From Tubulanus polymorphus (Eukaryota; Animalia; Nemertea): a DNA stretch of 64,000 nucleotides. Where the stretch lies: contig NC_134030.1 in the NCBI RefSeq assembly GCF_964204645.1, forward strand, positions 18,746,210 through 18,810,209. Direction: 5' to 3'. Under the pieces are notes generated by a model. It ran no database searches. It saw nothing but the letters and a program-made list of their open reading frames with translations, and was not told the DNA's origin. The translations under genes and the position numbers were made by a program. This document shows, in pieces, positions 60,986-64,000 of the stretch. Within the stretch, counting starts at the first letter, position 1; the number at the start of each line of letters is the position of its first letter.

Positions 60986-63900
60986 ATGGATCGATAAGGA
61001 GCGCTGTTTCTAGCGTCGCTGATCGTCTGGCGCGTAAACATCGCACACGCTGATCTGTCTGACTCTGTGACGATCAGTTCGTCTTGTAACAACACTTGGT
61101 ACCCCGTCGATTCTACGTCCGGTTACATCGTTTCACCGAATTACCCGTCGTTAACGCGCGGTGTTGAATGTCGTTGGTTCGTCAACAGCTCTTTACCGGG
61201 AACTTTCAACATCAAACTATACTACGACATCGAGCCGTCGATATTCTGTAGTGCTGACTACCTTCTCGTTGATGGTTCGGATAACAGATTCTGCGGCGAA
61301 GGAGAATATGGCATCCGCCGTAACGGTTCGATCTCTCCGTTGTTGTTTAGGAGTAACGTCGATGGTGCGCGAGGCAGTCGGGTTTATATAACATATCGTT
61401 ATGAACGAAATCGATTGAAAGTCAGCTGTGGTGTGACATTTACTACTCCCAGATTCAAGGAAATTATTACATCGGAGGGATACAAATATTCTATAAGCCA
61501 TCTAGAGAATTGTCGTTTGTTCCGGGAATGGATGGGGATGCCATATGGTTTCGCGATGAACCTGACTTTGGTCAAGATTAGGGTTAGAATGGAATTTCTT
61601 GCTGATCCCGCGACGACTGGTAAAATCTACGACGGATGGAACAGCAGCAGTGAACCTATAGCTCTCATACCAGTACAAACCGGTCATCCAGCTTCATCAT
61701 TCTATACTGAGACAAGTAAAACAATTATCTCTCTGCTTGAATATAAACTGAATTTCGATTTTCAACTTTTGGTTCAGATGTATAAAATATCAGATTGGAA
61801 CGTCACTAATCCGTTAATCCAAATCTCTAATGACGAGTCTGGAGTGCTCATTCCTGATGACAACAGTTTACACGTAATAACCCGATCGAAACACTTACAC
61901 TGCTGGTCTATCACAGTGCAGGTGTTACAGTACGTCGTCTTCAACTGGACACGTGATCTCAGCACATCCGGTGACGTCATTGGTGTATATAAACTAGAAG
62001 GGTTACGCGTTGTAGGAACTGATATTTTACTCGGTTACAACTGCCTGGAATCACTGAGTGTTAAATCTGACGGCTTTCTCGTCATACTGTGCGTTTTGAT
62101 GAGCGCTGATGTGATGATGTCGAAACTAGAAATATCCTACAAAATCAATTCACTAACAATAGGTTATTTACACGTTGGGAAATCAGTGGTAAGTACTTCG
62201 TCGTGATATCTGTATTGTCGGTATTTACTTCACGATATTAAACTGCGTTCAGCAATTATTTCTTTCGAAAAATTAAAATGATGATGAAATGTTAGATTAT
62301 TTCACATCGATATGTATCCTGTGCACGTTTAGTTTTAATGAAATGCACCCATCCAAATTGTCGTTCATATGAATCTACTTTTTGAAATGTACAACGAGCA
62401 TATAATATTTTAAGAAGCGATGGAACGTTCATATGATGTTGTTTGTTGTCACAGGTACGCGACCCGCAGGAATGTTTACAATCATTCAGGCTATTTCCGT
62501 TTGTAAAAAGAAAAACGTTGACCTATCGAGTGATCGAACATAAGTTGAAATGGCGAGTGGAAATATCGGAAAAACGATTTCAACTGGCTGTCTTATCGAG
62601 AAACTGCGAGCGAGCTGGATTTTATATATATGATGGTGGTAATTTTACAGCTAGACGCTATGGTCCGTATTGTCCTGGTGATACCTATGGTCGGCCCGTC
62701 GTCAAGTTGATTACATCAGGAGGATCGGTTACTGTAGTAGGATACGCCTACGACTGGGATAATCAGCTAACAGTCAAGACTAACAAACTTTCATGTATCA
62801 TGCTTCGTGCTACTGATTGTGACGGGTATGTGTTAAAGCAGGGAGAAAATCGCCTTAAAACGACGTCAGACTGTATCGTGATTCTACCCGAAAACCGACG
62901 TCTTCCTTTAAGAAATATTTACATATTTATATTATCCGACCGCGAATATCAAATTGATCGATGTGCTCCGGAATATTTTATATACGTCGCGTGCCGGCCC
63001 TATATGAATATCAGCAGTAGTTTTATTACGGGAAATACCTCGACAAGAACTGTGTTAAACAAGGTATCATTTATTAGTCCTCATCCTTTTTTGACACCTG
63101 AGCGATTTATCAAACTGAGACGAAAGTGCTATAGAACAAAAAGGGCCGGGCATAGCGGTTTAGTCCCTAAGGATGTGTGTGGACTTGTGCAATCGCCGAA
63201 CTATCCCGGACCTGCCGGAATTACTGTTCAAAGAATATTCTATGCAGTCATTTATAGATATCATTACGGAAAACTTCGTTATTACAAATTCGTAATCAAA
63301 TACATTGAAATGATTGAATGCGTTAAACAATCCAGATACTCTAAAGAAGCAGTGTTGTTCGTACAATACATAAGTGGAAAATTTACTAAAACCGAACACA
63401 AACAAGCAATCTGTGGACGACACGCAGGGCATATACTTTACAGTCTGATGGCGTCCACACATGAGTTTCAAGTGACCAACAGAATCCCAACATTTCGGAT
63501 ACAATACATTCTACAAGAATCATTCCCAATAAAAGACCAAGAGAATAAGTGTGAGGCGGGATTTCTATATTCGGGAATTTCATGCGTGAAATACATCACG
63601 GATGAACGATTGAATTGGGAGAATGCTGAATTGTACTGTAGACAGAAGTATGCGGGACATCTACTAAGTATCAACTCAGAACAGGATATGAATTCCATTA
63701 AAACGTTATTTGCTACAAAGCTTCTTTTAACTGCATATTCGAAGAGAGCACTCATTGTGTTGATTGGATTGAAAAAACAGGTAAATCTAATTTAAGTTGC
63801 ATAAAGGTATTGATAACATTATCGGGAGTTGGGATCTCAGAAGAAGAACTTTACGGGGGAATTAACGGCCTCAAGTCTTAACGGTCAAGTTTAATTTCGG

Positions 63901-64000
63901 CATACGGGGGAATTAACGGCCTCAAGTCTTAACGGTCAAGTTTAATTTCGGCACTAACCGTTATTAGCCAATGATTTAGTTCGTACTAGCCATAACGCAC
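60986..64000 (+). pseudogene. C2: GRL101-like GPCR, probable pseudogene, truncated by the window; exons 60986-62188, 62455-63780
   Basis: ATG GAT CGA TAA: stop at codon 4 (60995-60997). The rest of exons 1-2 is open. Confidence 0.8.
63852..63953. repeat. Perfect 51-bp tandem duplication in C2 intron 2
   Basis: 63852-63902 = 63903-63953; single copy in B1, C1 and B2. Confidence 0.95.

Overview
Eukaryotic, AT-rich, probably invertebrate metazoan DNA (taxon inferred only). The window is a head-to-tail array of very large GRL101/LGR-like rhodopsin-class GPCR genes on the + strand. Each has 3 coding exons joined by two phase-0 introns. The ectodomain reads signal peptide - several CUB/CUB-like domains - two C-type-lectin-like domains - about 7 LDLa repeats - LRRs, followed by a 7TM domain. 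Three paralog types (A, B, C) form a ~32-35 kb unit present twice: [3' end of an earlier copy]-A1-B1-C1-A2-B2-C2(truncated). Only B1 and B2 are intact (1931 aa each). A1, A2, C1 and C2 carry different, non-shared stops or frameshifts. The paralogs are mosaics of nucleotide-near-identical blocks and divergent ectodomain blocks, with SNP patterns indicating exchange between copies. The A-B spacer holds a non-autonomous Maverick/Polinton (AGT...ACT ends, AATATC TSD, pPolB remnants, fold-back structure), a nested Kolobok-type MITE, a tRNA-like LTR remnant, minisatellites and a small signal-peptide ORF. All calls were made by eye; no searches were run.
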